A stretch of 64,000 nt of DNA from an uncultured delta proteobacterium (GTDB lineage Bacteria; Myxococcota_A; Polyangia; Fen-1088): the NCBI GenBank assembly GCA_963737265.1, contig CAVTRY010000011.1:256001-320000 (forward strand). The letters are read 5' to 3'. Positions 48,156-58,106 of this stretch are shown piece after piece. Every line of letters begins with the position of its first letter. Within the stretch, counting starts at the first letter, position 1. A program made the position numbers and the translations under genes. The notes beneath the pieces were generated by a model that worked only from the letters and a program-made list of their open reading frames with translations, was not told the DNA's origin and did no database searches.

Positions 48156-48352
48156 GCTGGGTAGCGCTGCTCGTAGTTGTGGCGTCTGCTTACCACACCA
48201 AGGTGCTAATGCGATCAAGCTCGGACCTCGGCCGGGCGGTTGCTCGAGAGCTTGGCCAAGGCTTTCAGGTCAAGCGTGGCACTGCCGCCGCGTACGACCA
48301 GGGTCTTCCACACCTGGTCGAGCGGCAACTCCATTCCCTTCGACCGGCGGTA

Positions 48353-49552
48353 CTAGGTCGACGAGACCGAGAAGCTGTTGTTGATGAATTCCTGCGTCGA
48401 TCCCCCGTCCGAAGAGATTTCCCAGCCCCACTGCACCTGATCGAGTGTCCAGGTGTTATCGAATTGCCCGTATTGGGTGGTATTGTTGGCGATGAGCCAG
48501 TCCAGGATGGCTTTGATGTCCACCGTTCCCGTGGTGACGTTGGTGCTGCTGACAAAGGAAATCGTGGCATTGCTTCCGTTGCTGCCATAGTGGACGGTCC
48601 AGGTGTAGTCGCCGATGGTGGGCTTTGTCGAGGCTACAATGGACGAGATCGGCCCCGCCTTGTAGGTGTACATCCAGATCATGAGCTCGATGCGCGTGTT
48701 TCCGCCTCCGGGGGTCCTGAGCCATATGTCGTAGGCGGCTTCCCAAACTCCAATATTGCCGGGCACGGTAATGTCGAAGCTGCTGGTGTATGTGTTGATA
48801 GAGCTGATGAGCTTTCTGGGTGAAACACCGATGTTGGGATAGGACTTGACGCCACCGGTCTGGGGATGATTGCTGGCAAAACCCCACAAGGTTGACGTGG
48901 TCGCCCACACGCACTCGGGGCCTGCGCCCGATCCCCAGACGTTGTTGGCGACGGAAAAGCCACTGGTATTGTACGACGGCCCCTCATTGACGCAGCTACA
49001 GAAGCTCGACGTGATGCCTGCGGGCACTGCTCCTGGGCAGGTGGTGGTAACGGCACTTGTGTTGTAGGTGGTGCCACCGCCGCCGGTCGTACCGCCCATG
49101 GCGGCTGTCCCGGCCCCGCTCGTGTTTCCGCCCATTGCGTTCGTTCCACCCTTTGCAGGCGTCGTTCCACCCGCTCCCGACGTCATACCGCCCATGTTCG
49201 TCATTCCGCCCTTGCTCGCGGTTCCGCCCATTTCCAACGTCGTGCCGCCCATGTTCGTGGCGCCCGCGCTGGCCGTGCTTCCGCCCAGGCTTGTCGCGCC
49301 GCCGGCGATGGGCGCGGATCCACCCATAGCCGTCGTTCCTCCGGCCCCGTTGGTCGTGCTGGTCGTGCCTCCGGCACCCGCGCCTGCCGTGCCACCGGTC
49401 GTCGTCGATGAACCTCCCACCGCGCTACTGCCGCCGGTGCTGGCCGGCCCGGCGGTGTTGCTCGAACAGGCGCCGGCAGCAGACGCCCCGATCAGGGCAG
49501 CAAGGAAAATTCCTGTGTCAAACCAGGACCCATTGAAACCGCGTGTCTTCAT
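48353..49552 (-). CDS. GH12 endoglucanase/xyloglucanase lipoprotein
   Basis: NNVWG, VKSYPN, AAYDIW, ELMIW, WGWE. Lipobox AGAC and Gly/Thr/Met linker. Confidence 0.88.
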   Translation of the reverse strand: MKTRGFNGSWFDTGIFLAALIGASAAGACSSNTAGPASTGGSSAVGGSSTTTGGTAGAGAGGTTSTTNGAGGTTAMGGSAPIAGGATSLGGSTASAGATNMGGTTLEMGGTASKGGMTNMGGMTSGAGGTTPAKGGTNAMGGNTSGAGTAAMGGTTGGGGTTYNTSAVTTTCPGAVPAGITSSFCSCVNEGPSYNTSGFSVANNVWGSGAGPECVWATTSTLWGFASNHPQTGGVKSYPNIGVSPRKLISSINTYTSSFDITVPGNIGVWEAAYDIWLRTPGGGNTRIELMIWMYTYKAGPISSIVASTKPTIGDYTWTVHYGSNGSNATISFVSSTNVTTGTVDIKAILDWLIANNTTQYGQFDNTWTLDQVQWGWEISSDGGSTQEFINNSFSVSST

Positions 49553-49852
49553 GAGAAAGATCCTCCCCGAGCGCGAGATTGGCGATAGCCACCTCCCGTA
49601 TATGTAAGGAATTCGCAGAACTGTGCACCTGCAACGCGTCTTGAACGGCAGGTCACCAGCCAATCTCCTGGGCGGTCTGCGGGCCGATCACACATTGCCC
49701 TAGGCTCTCGGGCATCTGGGCTGCCGACTCGGAGACGGCGATGAACCGTGGGGAGAGAGCCGGTTCGGCGTAGCCCGCCGGGAATATGGGCAAGGTCTGC
49801 CGCCCGTCCCATGTGTCGCGACCCGGCTCCTCAGTCTTGGGTGACAGGGTTG

Positions 49853-49886
49853 ACCATAGGTCCTCAGATTTCTGAGGACCTATGGT
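49853..49886. repeat. Perfect 16-bp inverted repeat with 2-nt spacer
   Basis: ACCATAGGTCCTCAGA-TT-TCTGAGGACCTATGGT, between divergent genes. Confidence 0.85.
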
Positions 49887-49981
49887 ATGCAGATTGAATC
49901 GAAGCCTGATCTTTCGCGATCCATCCGTGGCTAAATTGTGGATCGGAGCTTGCTAGGTCAGGCTACGCAAAGGAGTTATTC

Positions 49982-50875
49982 ATGCGCGTGCTCATGACGA
50001 ATGGTGGACTCGGATTGGCGTTCGCCTTGTTCCTTTTCGGTTGTCAGAAGGAGGGGGTGGAGATCATCTCCGACGCGGGCGTCTCGCAGGGCGGCGCGGG
50101 GTCACCGCCCGTTGGGACCGGAGCGGGCGGAACAGGTGGGCTGCTGGGAACGGGCGGCGCATCCGCGACGGGCGGCGGCTTTGCAACTGGCGGCGGACCT
50201 GCAGCGGGCGGCGCACCCGCGACGGGCGGAAGAACCGGTCAGGGTGGATCGCAGGGCGGCGTCAGCGGCGGCGCGCCGGGAACGGGCGGGCAGTCTTCAT
50301 CGGGTGGCGCGATCGGAACTGGGGGCGGTGCCAAAACTGGTGGTGCGATCGGCGCGGGCGGAATGCTTGCCACCGGCGGGTCGACCGGTCCGGGTGGCGC
50401 GAACGGCGGCGCTGGCGGGGCAGGCGGGTCGGCGGCGGGAGGCAGCCTGGGTGGAAGCGGCGGCGGGTTGGGAGCGGGCGGCAGCGCCGGAGGGAGCCAC
50501 GGCGGGGCCGGAGGCGGCTCAGGCGGGGCGGGTGGTCAGGTGGCGGACGGCGGCGTTAGCTGTACGGATTTGGAGAATCAATACCAGGCCGCACTGCCGG
50601 CGGCACGCAGCTGCGACGTCAATGCGATCGGGCAGTGCCAGCAACCGGTCAGCTCATCTCTCTCTCCCTGCTTCGTCAACTGCATGACGTACGTCAACAA
50701 CGCCTTGACTCTGAATGCCATCAAGGCGAGTTGGGTGCAAGCCGGCTGCAATCAGATAGTGGCCATTTGCCCCCTGATTGCCTGCATCCAGCCCAAAGCA
50801 GGTGTGTGCGTCGCCGCCGACGCTGGCGGTGGAACGTGCAGCTCCGTAAGCGGCATCCTAGCGTCGGCGAACTGA
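49982..50875 (+). CDS. Gly-rich lipoprotein with small Cys-rich C-terminal domain
   Basis: AAGGAG RBS, lipobox LFGC, Gly linker, C-terminal domain with about 10 Cys. Confidence 0.75.
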   Translation: MRVLMTNGGLGLAFALFLFGCQKEGVEIISDAGVSQGGAGSPPVGTGAGGTGGLLGTGGASATGGGFATGGGPAAGGAPATGGRTGQGGSQGGVSGGAPGTGGQSSSGGAIGTGGGAKTGGAIGAGGMLATGGSTGPGGANGGAGGAGGSAAGGSLGGSGGGLGAGGSAGGSHGGAGGGSGGAGGQVADGGVSCTDLENQYQAALPAARSCDVNAIGQCQQPVSSSLSPCFVNCMTYVNNALTLNAIKASWVQAGCNQIVAICPLIACIQPKAGVCVAADAGGGTCSSVSGILASAN

Positions 50876-50913
50876 AGTCTCTTGCAACATGCCCGCTCGG
50901 TCGGCGGGAAAAA

Positions 50914-51669
50914 CTAGGCGATCCCGGCGCACTTGGCGATTTCGAAGAAGCGAGGCGCAAGGGTCAGACGGCGCCCGTCCAGCGACAGAGCTTGCTTGCG
51001 GGCGAGGTCCGCCACGATACGCGAAACCGTCTCGCGGCGGGCACCGACCCGGCTGGCAAGATCGAGTTGGGTTGGAATTCGGGGTATCACTTTGCCGCCA
51101 GCCGAATCCTCGCCCTCATCGCGAGCCAGGTTGTAGAGCAGGCGACAGAGCCGATCTTCAACGTCCGAGGTCGCGAGCCCGGCGGCCAGCAGCTTGACAA
51201 AGCGGAGGCGCCTGTCCATATCGCGGACGAGAGCCAGCGCCGCCTGGGGAAGGCTGCCGAGTAGGGAGAGAAACTCGGCGCGTGGGATGAACATCAGAAG
51301 ACTGGTCTCGGCGGCGACCAGCCCGTCGCCGGGAATGCTCCCAGCCGACGTGAGAGCAGCGTCGGCGATCAGATTTCCCGCGCGGAACGTTTCGAGCGTC
51401 AGCTCGCGTGCATGGTCGGTGCGGCGTATGGCACGCAAGGATCCCTTGACCACGAGGATCGCAGCATCCAACCAGCGGCCTTCGCACAGCACCCGTTGTC
51501 GCCTGCCGAACGACGAGAGCGAGGCAGTCAGCGAGAGGGGCGCGAGTGCGTGGTAGGGAAAACCGGCGAACCAAGGCGAGTTGTGCAACGCACTCAATAC
51601 CGGGTGAAAACTCATCTCCCGGTATGTCGCCGCCGAGGTGTCGGAACCTAGTGGAGCGATGGCATTCAT
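50914..51669 (-). CDS. Crp/Fnr family transcriptional regulator
   Basis: cNMP-binding fold and HTH TQLDLASRVGARRETVSR. AGGAGG RBS. Confidence 0.88.
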   Translation of the reverse strand: MNAIAPLGSDTSAATYREMSFHPVLSALHNSPWFAGFPYHALAPLSLTASLSSFGRRQRVLCEGRWLDAAILVVKGSLRAIRRTDHARELTLETFRAGNLIADAALTSAGSIPGDGLVAAETSLLMFIPRAEFLSLLGSLPQAALALVRDMDRRLRFVKLLAAGLATSDVEDRLCRLLYNLARDEGEDSAGGKVIPRIPTQLDLASRVGARRETVSRIVADLARKQALSLDGRRLTLAPRFFEIAKCAGIA

Positions 51670-51798
51670 AAGAACCTCCTAGTCGCACGCGTAGTTGAGA
51701 AAACTCGATGAAAAGGACCTTTCGGCAGATCCTTCCCTACTTGTCTCGCGGCCGGACAAAACCTTACGGGTTTTTTTGGAGACAACCCGTGCGGGGAA

Positions 51799-53175
51799 TC
51801 AGAACGAGTAGACGCGCACGTAGTCGAGCACCAGATCCATGGGGAAGGCGGCGTTGTCGATGGTGCCGCCCTGGGTGCCGCCGAGGGCGAGGCTCAAGAC
51901 GAGGTACTCGGGGATCCGGTAGAAGGGCGAGGTGGTGTTGAAGGTGCTGCGGGCAAATTCATTTCCGTCGAACTGGAAGGACAGGTGGTCGGGGTACCAA
52001 TCCACCGAGTAGACGTGAAACGTGCTGCTGGGCTCGTCGGTGGGCGAGAAGGCGTACGTGACGTAGCCGATGTCGCCCGACGCACCGCCGGCCTGCGCTC
52101 CGGCATCGAACGACGTCTTGTCCTGCCCCTGCTCCATGATCGATATCTCGCCGCACTGGGGCCAGCTGCCGACGGTTCCCAAGAGGACGATGCCCGGAAA
52201 CGAACCCGCGCCCGCGGGGAGGATGGCGCGGATCTCGAAGCGGCCAGACTGGAAGTTGGCCTTGCCGCTGGTTTCCAGCCGCCCCGATGTGTAGTCGCGC
52301 AGGGCGCGCAGGGTGAGGTGACCCTGCCCGTCCTGAAAGACGTTCGCCGTGCGGGTCGTGTATTTCTCTTGGTCCCCATTCGCGTTTCCTTGCGGTGACG
52401 TGGAGTAGGTCCATTTCGTGGTGTCCGCACCCGAATTGGCCGGACCGTTGAACTCGTCGGAGAAGACAAGCTTGAGTGTGGCGCCGCCAGTGCTGGGAAC
52501 ACCGCCCGTGGCGCTCGTGGTCGTTCCGCCTGAGCCGGTCGTGCCGCCCGCGCCGGCTGTGCCACCCGCGCTTGATGTGCCACCGAGTCCGCCAGCTCCG
52601 GTCGCAGCTCCGGTGCTAGGTGTACCACCCGCGCTCGTGGCGCCGTCGGCGCCCATCGTGCCGCCGCTTCCAGTCGCTCCGCCGGTTCCAATCGCCCCGC
52701 CGTCGGCCGTCGCTCCGCCCGCCTCCGTATTTCCGCCGCTGTCGGTCGCCCCACCAGCGCCGCTGGTGCCGCCGGAGCTATCGCTCCCGCCGACGCTCGT
52801 CGCACCGCCCGAATCGGCCAAACCGCCGGTGCTCGACGACCTTCCGTCGCCCTCGGTTCCGCCCAAATCCGGCGCCGCCATTCCGCCCGCGCCGAGCGAC
52901 TCGATTCCGCCCGAGGCGATGGCTCCGCCCGCGGCCGGCGCATCTGGTGCAGCGGAGGTTTGACCGCCACCCTGGGCGCTATCCAGCGGCCCGGCGCCGC
53001 CGGCTGCGGGGGCGCCTGGTGCATCCTCCCCGGCGGACGCGCCTAGATTGGCGCTCGGCGCGCCGCCCTCGCTGGCGACGAGGGCAGGGTTGACGGCCAG
53101 GCCCGAGCCTCGTACCTGGCAGTTGGACGACGCGCAGAGCACGATCGCGACAGCAAACAACAGCGATCTCTTCAT
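51799..53175 (-). CDS. GH16 family glycoside hydrolase-like secreted protein
   Basis: LVFSDEFNG, YTSGRLET, WPQCGEISIME, FHVYSVDW, LDYVRVY. Confidence 0.85.
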   Translation of the reverse strand: MKRSLLFAVAIVLCASSNCQVRGSGLAVNPALVASEGGAPSANLGASAGEDAPGAPAAGGAGPLDSAQGGGQTSAAPDAPAAGGAIASGGIESLGAGGMAAPDLGGTEGDGRSSSTGGLADSGGATSVGGSDSSGGTSGAGGATDSGGNTEAGGATADGGAIGTGGATGSGGTMGADGATSAGGTPSTGAATGAGGLGGTSSAGGTAGAGGTTGSGGTTTSATGGVPSTGGATLKLVFSDEFNGPANSGADTTKWTYSTSPQGNANGDQEKYTTRTANVFQDGQGHLTLRALRDYTSGRLETSGKANFQSGRFEIRAILPAGAGSFPGIVLLGTVGSWPQCGEISIMEQGQDKTSFDAGAQAGGASGDIGYVTYAFSPTDEPSSTFHVYSVDWYPDHLSFQFDGNEFARSTFNTTSPFYRIPEYLVLSLALGGTQGGTIDNAAFPMDLVLDYVRVYSF

Positions 53176-53351
53176 GGACTCGACTCCTTGCCCTTACTCG
53201 TAGCCCTGGGCTGCGACAACTTCGTGCATTCATCGAAAGAGGGACATGCACATCCGTGTGAGCATCGGCGATTTTTGGTGGCCTTGGCAAGAAACTATGG
53301 TCACGCAGTGTGCTGGCGGCTGGCAGGTGAGACGTGGTCTACGTACTTGAT

Positions 53352-54326
53352 TTACGTGTCAATGGAACGCATGTCGGCGTAGCGCTGGCCGACCGCCTGA
53401 CCAGCCTGATCGAGCATGTGCAGGTCGTCGGGCGACAATTCCACGCGCGTGGCCGCGGCATTTTGCTCGAGGTACGTGCGCCGTTTGGTGCCGGGAATGG
53501 GAACTACGTCCTCGCCGCGACCAAGCACCCACGCCAGCGCCACCTGCGCGGCCGTCGCACCTCGTCGGGCCGCGACTTGCGCCACGACGTCGGCGACGGC
53601 CAGGTTCTGGGCGAGGTTTTCGCCCTGAAAACGGGGGAAACGCTGCACGCGCGAGTCGCCGGGCCCAAGATCCTCGGGCTTGCGAATAGTGCCGGTCAAG
53701 ATGCCGCGGCCGAGCGGGCTGTAGGGCACGAGGCCGATGCCGAGCTCGCGTAGGGTGGGCAGGATCTCCGTTTCCACATGGCGCTCGAAAATCGAAAACT
53801 CGGTCTGCAGCGCGCTCACGGGATGGACCTTGTGCGCGCGTCGGATGGTGGCCGGCGCGGCCTCGGACAGGCCGAGGTAAAGCACCTTGCCCGCCGTCAC
53901 CAAGTCGCCCATGGCGCCCACGGTTTCCTCGATGGGCACGTCCTTGTCCACGCGGTGCTGGTAGTAGAGGTCGATGTGGTCGACGCCGAGGCGAGTGAGC
54001 GAGTCGTCGCACGCCTTTCTCACGTAGTCGGGGCGGCCGTTGATGCGGATCCAGGTGCCGTCCTCGCGTCGTTCGTTGCCGAACTTGGTGGCGATGACGA
54101 CGTGCTTGCGCCGGCCCGCGAGCGCGCGCCCGACCAGGCGCTCGTTGGTGAAGGGGCCGTACATGTCGGCGGTGTCGAAGAAGTCGATGCCCAGCTCGAC
54201 CGCGCGTTGGATGGTCGCGATGGCCTCGGCGTCGTCGCGCGGGCCATAGAATTCGCTCATGCCCATGCAGCCCAGGCCGAGCGCCGAGACTTGCAGACCC
54301 TGTGTTCCTAGTTTGCGTTTTTTCAT
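53352..54326 (-). CDS. Aldo/keto reductase
   Basis: [46 protein letters not shown]. Confidence 0.95.
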   Translation of the reverse strand: MKKRKLGTQGLQVSALGLGCMGMSEFYGPRDDAEAIATIQRAVELGIDFFDTADMYGPFTNERLVGRALAGRRKHVVIATKFGNERREDGTWIRINGRPDYVRKACDDSLTRLGVDHIDLYYQHRVDKDVPIEETVGAMGDLVTAGKVLYLGLSEAAPATIRRAHKVHPVSALQTEFSIFERHVETEILPTLRELGIGLVPYSPLGRGILTGTIRKPEDLGPGDSRVQRFPRFQGENLAQNLAVADVVAQVAARRGATAAQVALAWVLGRGEDVVPIPGTKRRTYLEQNAAATRVELSPDDLHMLDQAGQAVGQRYADMRSIDT

Positions 54327-54390
54327 GGCGAGAAGGATAGCGCCGCCAGCGGCGAGAGTCAGGCCGCAAGCCTGGTGGGTTGCGGATTCG

Positions 54391-55248
54391 CTACCAGCGC
54401 GTGTCCGACTGTGGCTCGGCAATCACCTCGCGGAAGGTGCGGCTGCGCGGCCTGGCCTGCCTGACCACCTCCTGTTCGACGTATTTTTCGGTTTCGGCGT
54501 CGGCCTTGGCGCGCATGACCCGCGTGGCTGCTTCGGCTTCCTCGCGCAGTTGGTCAAGCTCCACCTGTTTTTTGGCAAGCTCGATCTCCTGTAGCTTCTC
54601 GCGCTGGGTGGCCTCGGCCTTCAGGCGCTCGTGCTCGGCCTGCTCCGCAGCCTCGATCTTTCGGCGCGTGGCCTCGCTGTCGAGCAAGGCCTTTTGTCGA
54701 ACGGCGTCCTGCTCGGCCGCCAGCCTGGCGCGCACGGCGGTGATGATCTCGTCGTCGTATTTCACCGCCTCCAGGGTGACCAGGGCGATTTCCAGATGGG
54801 AGCCGGCGATGCGGCGGCGCAGGTCGCGGAGCACCTCGTCTTCGACTTGCTCGTTTCGCTTCATCACATCGAGATAGCTGTAGCGGGCAAAGACCCCGCG
54901 CGTGGCGCTGCGGAAGGCGGGTCCGATGACCTTGTCGTAGAAGCCGGTCCCGATTTCGGTGTCGAGCTCGTAGAGCTCGCTGCGTATCGGGCGGTAGATC
55001 ACGGCGATCTTGAGATCGAGTTGTAGGCCCTCGGCGGACGTGGTGCGAATATCCTCGGCGCGGGTGGAGTAGGTGACGTCGAAATCCTCTATGCGGCCCG
55101 TAAGTCCGACATAGTGAACTCCGGGCCCGACGGGTTGGCGTTGCAGTGTGCCGTGAGAGCCGTCGAAGTAGATACCGAGGTGACCGGGTTGCACGGTCGT
55201 GGAGCACGCCGACAGCAGCAAGCAAAGAATCGGCCCGAGAGCACGCAT
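54391..55248 (-). CDS. SPFH/prohibitin (band 7) family lipoprotein
   Basis: [25 protein letters not shown]-terminal coiled coil rich in AE. Confidence 0.8.
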   Translation of the reverse strand: MRALGPILCLLLSACSTTVQPGHLGIYFDGSHGTLQRQPVGPGVHYVGLTGRIEDFDVTYSTRAEDIRTTSAEGLQLDLKIAVIYRPIRSELYELDTEIGTGFYDKVIGPAFRSATRGVFARYSYLDVMKRNEQVEDEVLRDLRRRIAGSHLEIALVTLEAVKYDDEIITAVRARLAAEQDAVRQKALLDSEATRRKIEAAEQAEHERLKAEATQREKLQEIELAKKQVELDQLREEAEAATRVMRAKADAETEKYVEQEVVRQARPRSRTFREVIAEPQSDTRW

Positions 55249-55511
55249 GAAGATCTCCTTTAGGTTAGCGACCATGGAGCGGTCATGATGCGCCCAATGA
55301 TAGCCGGAAAGGGGGACGATTCGCAGCGCGAGGGGCATCTTTTTCAAGCGGGCACGTTTCCCGCCTTGGTTCGAGCTCGCGAGCCCTGTGCGCAACATCC
55401 TGTCGTTTGGCGGCTCAAATCGCTAGTATCCCCACCGCAGGCCGTCCCGTCTTGTTTCGGACTGAACCGAGCGGACAGGCTGGCGACTCATAGTCTTGTG
55501 GAGATGGAGCC

Positions 55512-56535
55512 ATGAATTCAATGATCAACCTTGCCACCTCTTGTGCGCATCCGCGCGCGCTGCGGTCCGCGTGCTACGTTCTTGCCCTGCTGAGCTCGAT
55601 CGGCTGCGGGGCACGCAGCAGCCTGCTCACATCGTCACTGGAGGGCGGCGACAACGGAGGCGAAGGCGATGCTACCGGTGGCTTTCAAGCCGCGGGTGGC
55701 AGCTTCGTCGCAAGCACCGGCGGCCATTTTGGCGCCGGCGGTGCGAGCGGAAGCGTGGCGACCGGGGGCTACCATGTTTCGGGCGGAAGCCCGAGCGTGA
55801 GCGGCGGAAGCGTGATGACCGGGGGCTACCCTGTTTTGGGCGGCAGCCCGAGCAAGGGCGGCGCGACGGCGATCGCGAATGGCGGGCGCATTTCGAGCGG
55901 AGGTACGCCGCTGGCGAAAGGTGGTGCAGGAGCCGGCGGAGCGATTGCCTTCGGCGGCAGCGCGCACACAGGTGGCAGCCCGGCAACGGGCGGCACAGCG
56001 GCAGTGGGGACGCCGACGGTCCAACCCGACGGTTACGTGACCCTTCGTACCGGCACGGCGGTCATGCAGGGACACGTTTCCTCGTACGAGAGCGGCTCGG
56101 GATCGTCGATTACCCTGACTTACACGTTCGAGCTCCTTCTGCGCATCAGGCACGGTGCCGGCCGATAGCACCTACAGCTCCTGGGCCGGGGCGGGTTTCA
56201 ACATCAACCAGGCCGAATCAGGCGCCAGCGGGTCTTCGGGCTCTTTGGCGCTTATGGGTAGCTCGATTTCGGTGACCTATGTGAATCGGGATGCCTCGCC
56301 CCTCGAATTGCAGTTGTACGACGGAAGCAACTACTGGTGTGCCTATCTGCCGGCATCGGCCAGCTCGACAACGACTACGATTCCATTTTCCCAGCTCAAC
56401 ACGCAGTGCTGGGACGGTCTCGGCAGCACGTTCGTGTCGGGTACACCAATCACGACGGTTCAACTGGTGGTCGCATGCAATGCCTTCACCCCCACGCTAT
56501 TCGATTTCTGCTTCCAGGGCATGACGGTCCAGTAG
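55512..56535 (+). CDS. Gly-rich lipoprotein with C-terminal beta-sandwich (carbohydrate-binding-like) domain, frameshift near 56127
   Basis: Lipobox SIGC. Removing one T joins TYT to SSSFCASGTVPADSTYSSWAG...IPFSQLNTQCWD...FDFC. Confidence 0.7.
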
Positions 56536-56547
56536 GAGCAGCGCGGG

Positions 56548-58047
56548 CTATCGCATGCGGCGTTGTAGCTCGACAGGATCGCGGGCCGCGGCCAGCGCGA
56601 CGGCTTGGCTGATGCGTCCTCCACGCACGAGGTTGAGCAGCGAGGTGTTGAGCGCAACCATGCCGTCGTCGCGGCCGGTCTGGATCTGGGTGGCCAACTG
56701 GTGCGTCTTGCCCTCGCGAATGAGGGCGCCGACCGCGTAGTTGACGGTGAGCATTTCCAGCGCCGGATAGCGCGTGCCGGGCAGGGCGCCGTTGAGCAAG
56801 CGCTGGGTCACCACGGCGCGCAGCGAACCGGCAAGCTGCAGACAGATTTGCGCCTGCTGGTGTTCGGGGAAGCTGTCCACGATACGGTCGATGGCCATGG
56901 GCGCGCTTCCACTGTGCAGGGTGGAAAGCACCAGGTGGCCAGTCTCAGCGGCGGTCAGGGCAAGGGAAATCGTCTCGCGGTCGCGCATCTCACCGACCAA
57001 GATAATGTTCGGGCATTCGCGCAAAGCCGCGCGCAGACCGGCGGCAAAACTTTCCACGTGGCTGCCGATCTCGCGCTGATGGATGAGGCAGCGGCGCGGC
57101 TGGTACACGAGCTCGATGGGATCTTCGAGGGTGATGACGTGGCGGGCGCGGGTTCGGTTCACCGACTCCACGATGGCGGCCAACGTGGTGGACTTGCCCG
57201 AGCCCGCGGTGCCCACGACCAGCACCATGCCGCCCGCCAGATCGCCCAAGGCGCCGACGCTGTCGGGCAGGTTCAGCTCGGCGAGCGTGGGGGCGTGGCG
57301 TTTCACCGGCCGCAACGCCATGGCCAACCCATGCGCCTGTCTGAACACGTTGACTCGCAGGCGGCGCGGGCCTTCCGCATCGACCGCGGGCGCCTCCCAC
57401 GCCAGATCCACACTGCCGGCCACATCGAGATGCCGGCGGCGCGCCGGATCGAGCAACGAATCGACGAGATCCAGGATTTCCTGCTGGTCGATAGGCTGTC
57501 CGGATGGCGCGAGACTGTTGGCCGCCCGGATCCAGAGCGGCTGCCCTGCCGACACGATGATGTCCGATACGGTGGCGTCGATAGCGTGCGCTATCGCGAT
57601 CGCAAGATGGGCGGGCGCGGCCACACGAGTGGCAGCTGGCGGTGCCGTGGACGGTGCCGGCGAAGGCGCGACACTGTGAACGGGAACTTCCACCGCGGCA
57701 GGGCTTGCGCTAGTGGGAGGCGTTGCCGCCGGCGTTGCCACAACCGCCCCTGAGCGGCGTAGCTTGAGCGACAGCTTGTCACCGTTCAGGCGCGCTTCCA
57801 CGGCGAAGGCACCATGGCGCTGGGATCGATAGACGGCGTCGCACGCGCCCGTGGCGCGCAGCTGTTCGAGCTCGCTTGGCGCCAGTGCCTCGGCCGCGAA
57901 GGTATCGAGTATTTCCGCGCTGAGCGGTGGCATGGTCAGGCCGCGCCCCTGGGCCGCGGTCAGCACCGGCGGCTCGCGCGTCCGGAGCACGAGCCCGCTC
58001 GCCTTCTGCGCATCGATGAGCGACAGCAGAGAATCAATGGCTGCCAT
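56548..58047 (-). CDS. PilT/PilU family type IV pilus ATPase with duplicated N-terminal domain
   Basis: GTAGSGKSTT, TLEDPIE, AALRECPNIILVGEMRD, AAETGHLVLSTLH. Confidence 0.9.
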   Translation of the reverse strand: MAAIDSLLSLIDAQKASGLVLRTREPPVLTAAQGRGLTMPPLSAEILDTFAAEALAPSELEQLRATGACDAVYRSQRHGAFAVEARLNGDKLSLKLRRSGAVVATPAATPPTSASPAAVEVPVHSVAPSPAPSTAPPAATRVAAPAHLAIAIAHAIDATVSDIIVSAGQPLWIRAANSLAPSGQPIDQQEILDLVDSLLDPARRRHLDVAGSVDLAWEAPAVDAEGPRRLRVNVFRQAHGLAMALRPVKRHAPTLAELNLPDSVGALGDLAGGMVLVVGTAGSGKSTTLAAIVESVNRTRARHVITLEDPIELVYQPRRCLIHQREIGSHVESFAAGLRAALRECPNIILVGEMRDRETISLALTAAETGHLVLSTLHSGSAPMAIDRIVDSFPEHQQAQICLQLAGSLRAVVTQRLLNGALPGTRYPALEMLTVNYAVGALIREGKTHQLATQIQTGRDDGMVALNTSLLNLVRGGRISQAVALAAARDPVELQRRMR

Positions 58048-58106
58048 GCCTTGGGACCTAGCAAGTCCTGCGCCGGTAGGCAATGCTCGGCTGCCCGCCC
58101 ATCTGG

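Noticed and set aside
51700-51795. Hairpins upstream of the Crp/Fnr gene as a possible riboswitch
   Set aside because: No match to conserved c-di-GMP or other aptamer cores that I can recognise. They are more likely the GH16 terminator and promoter sequence.
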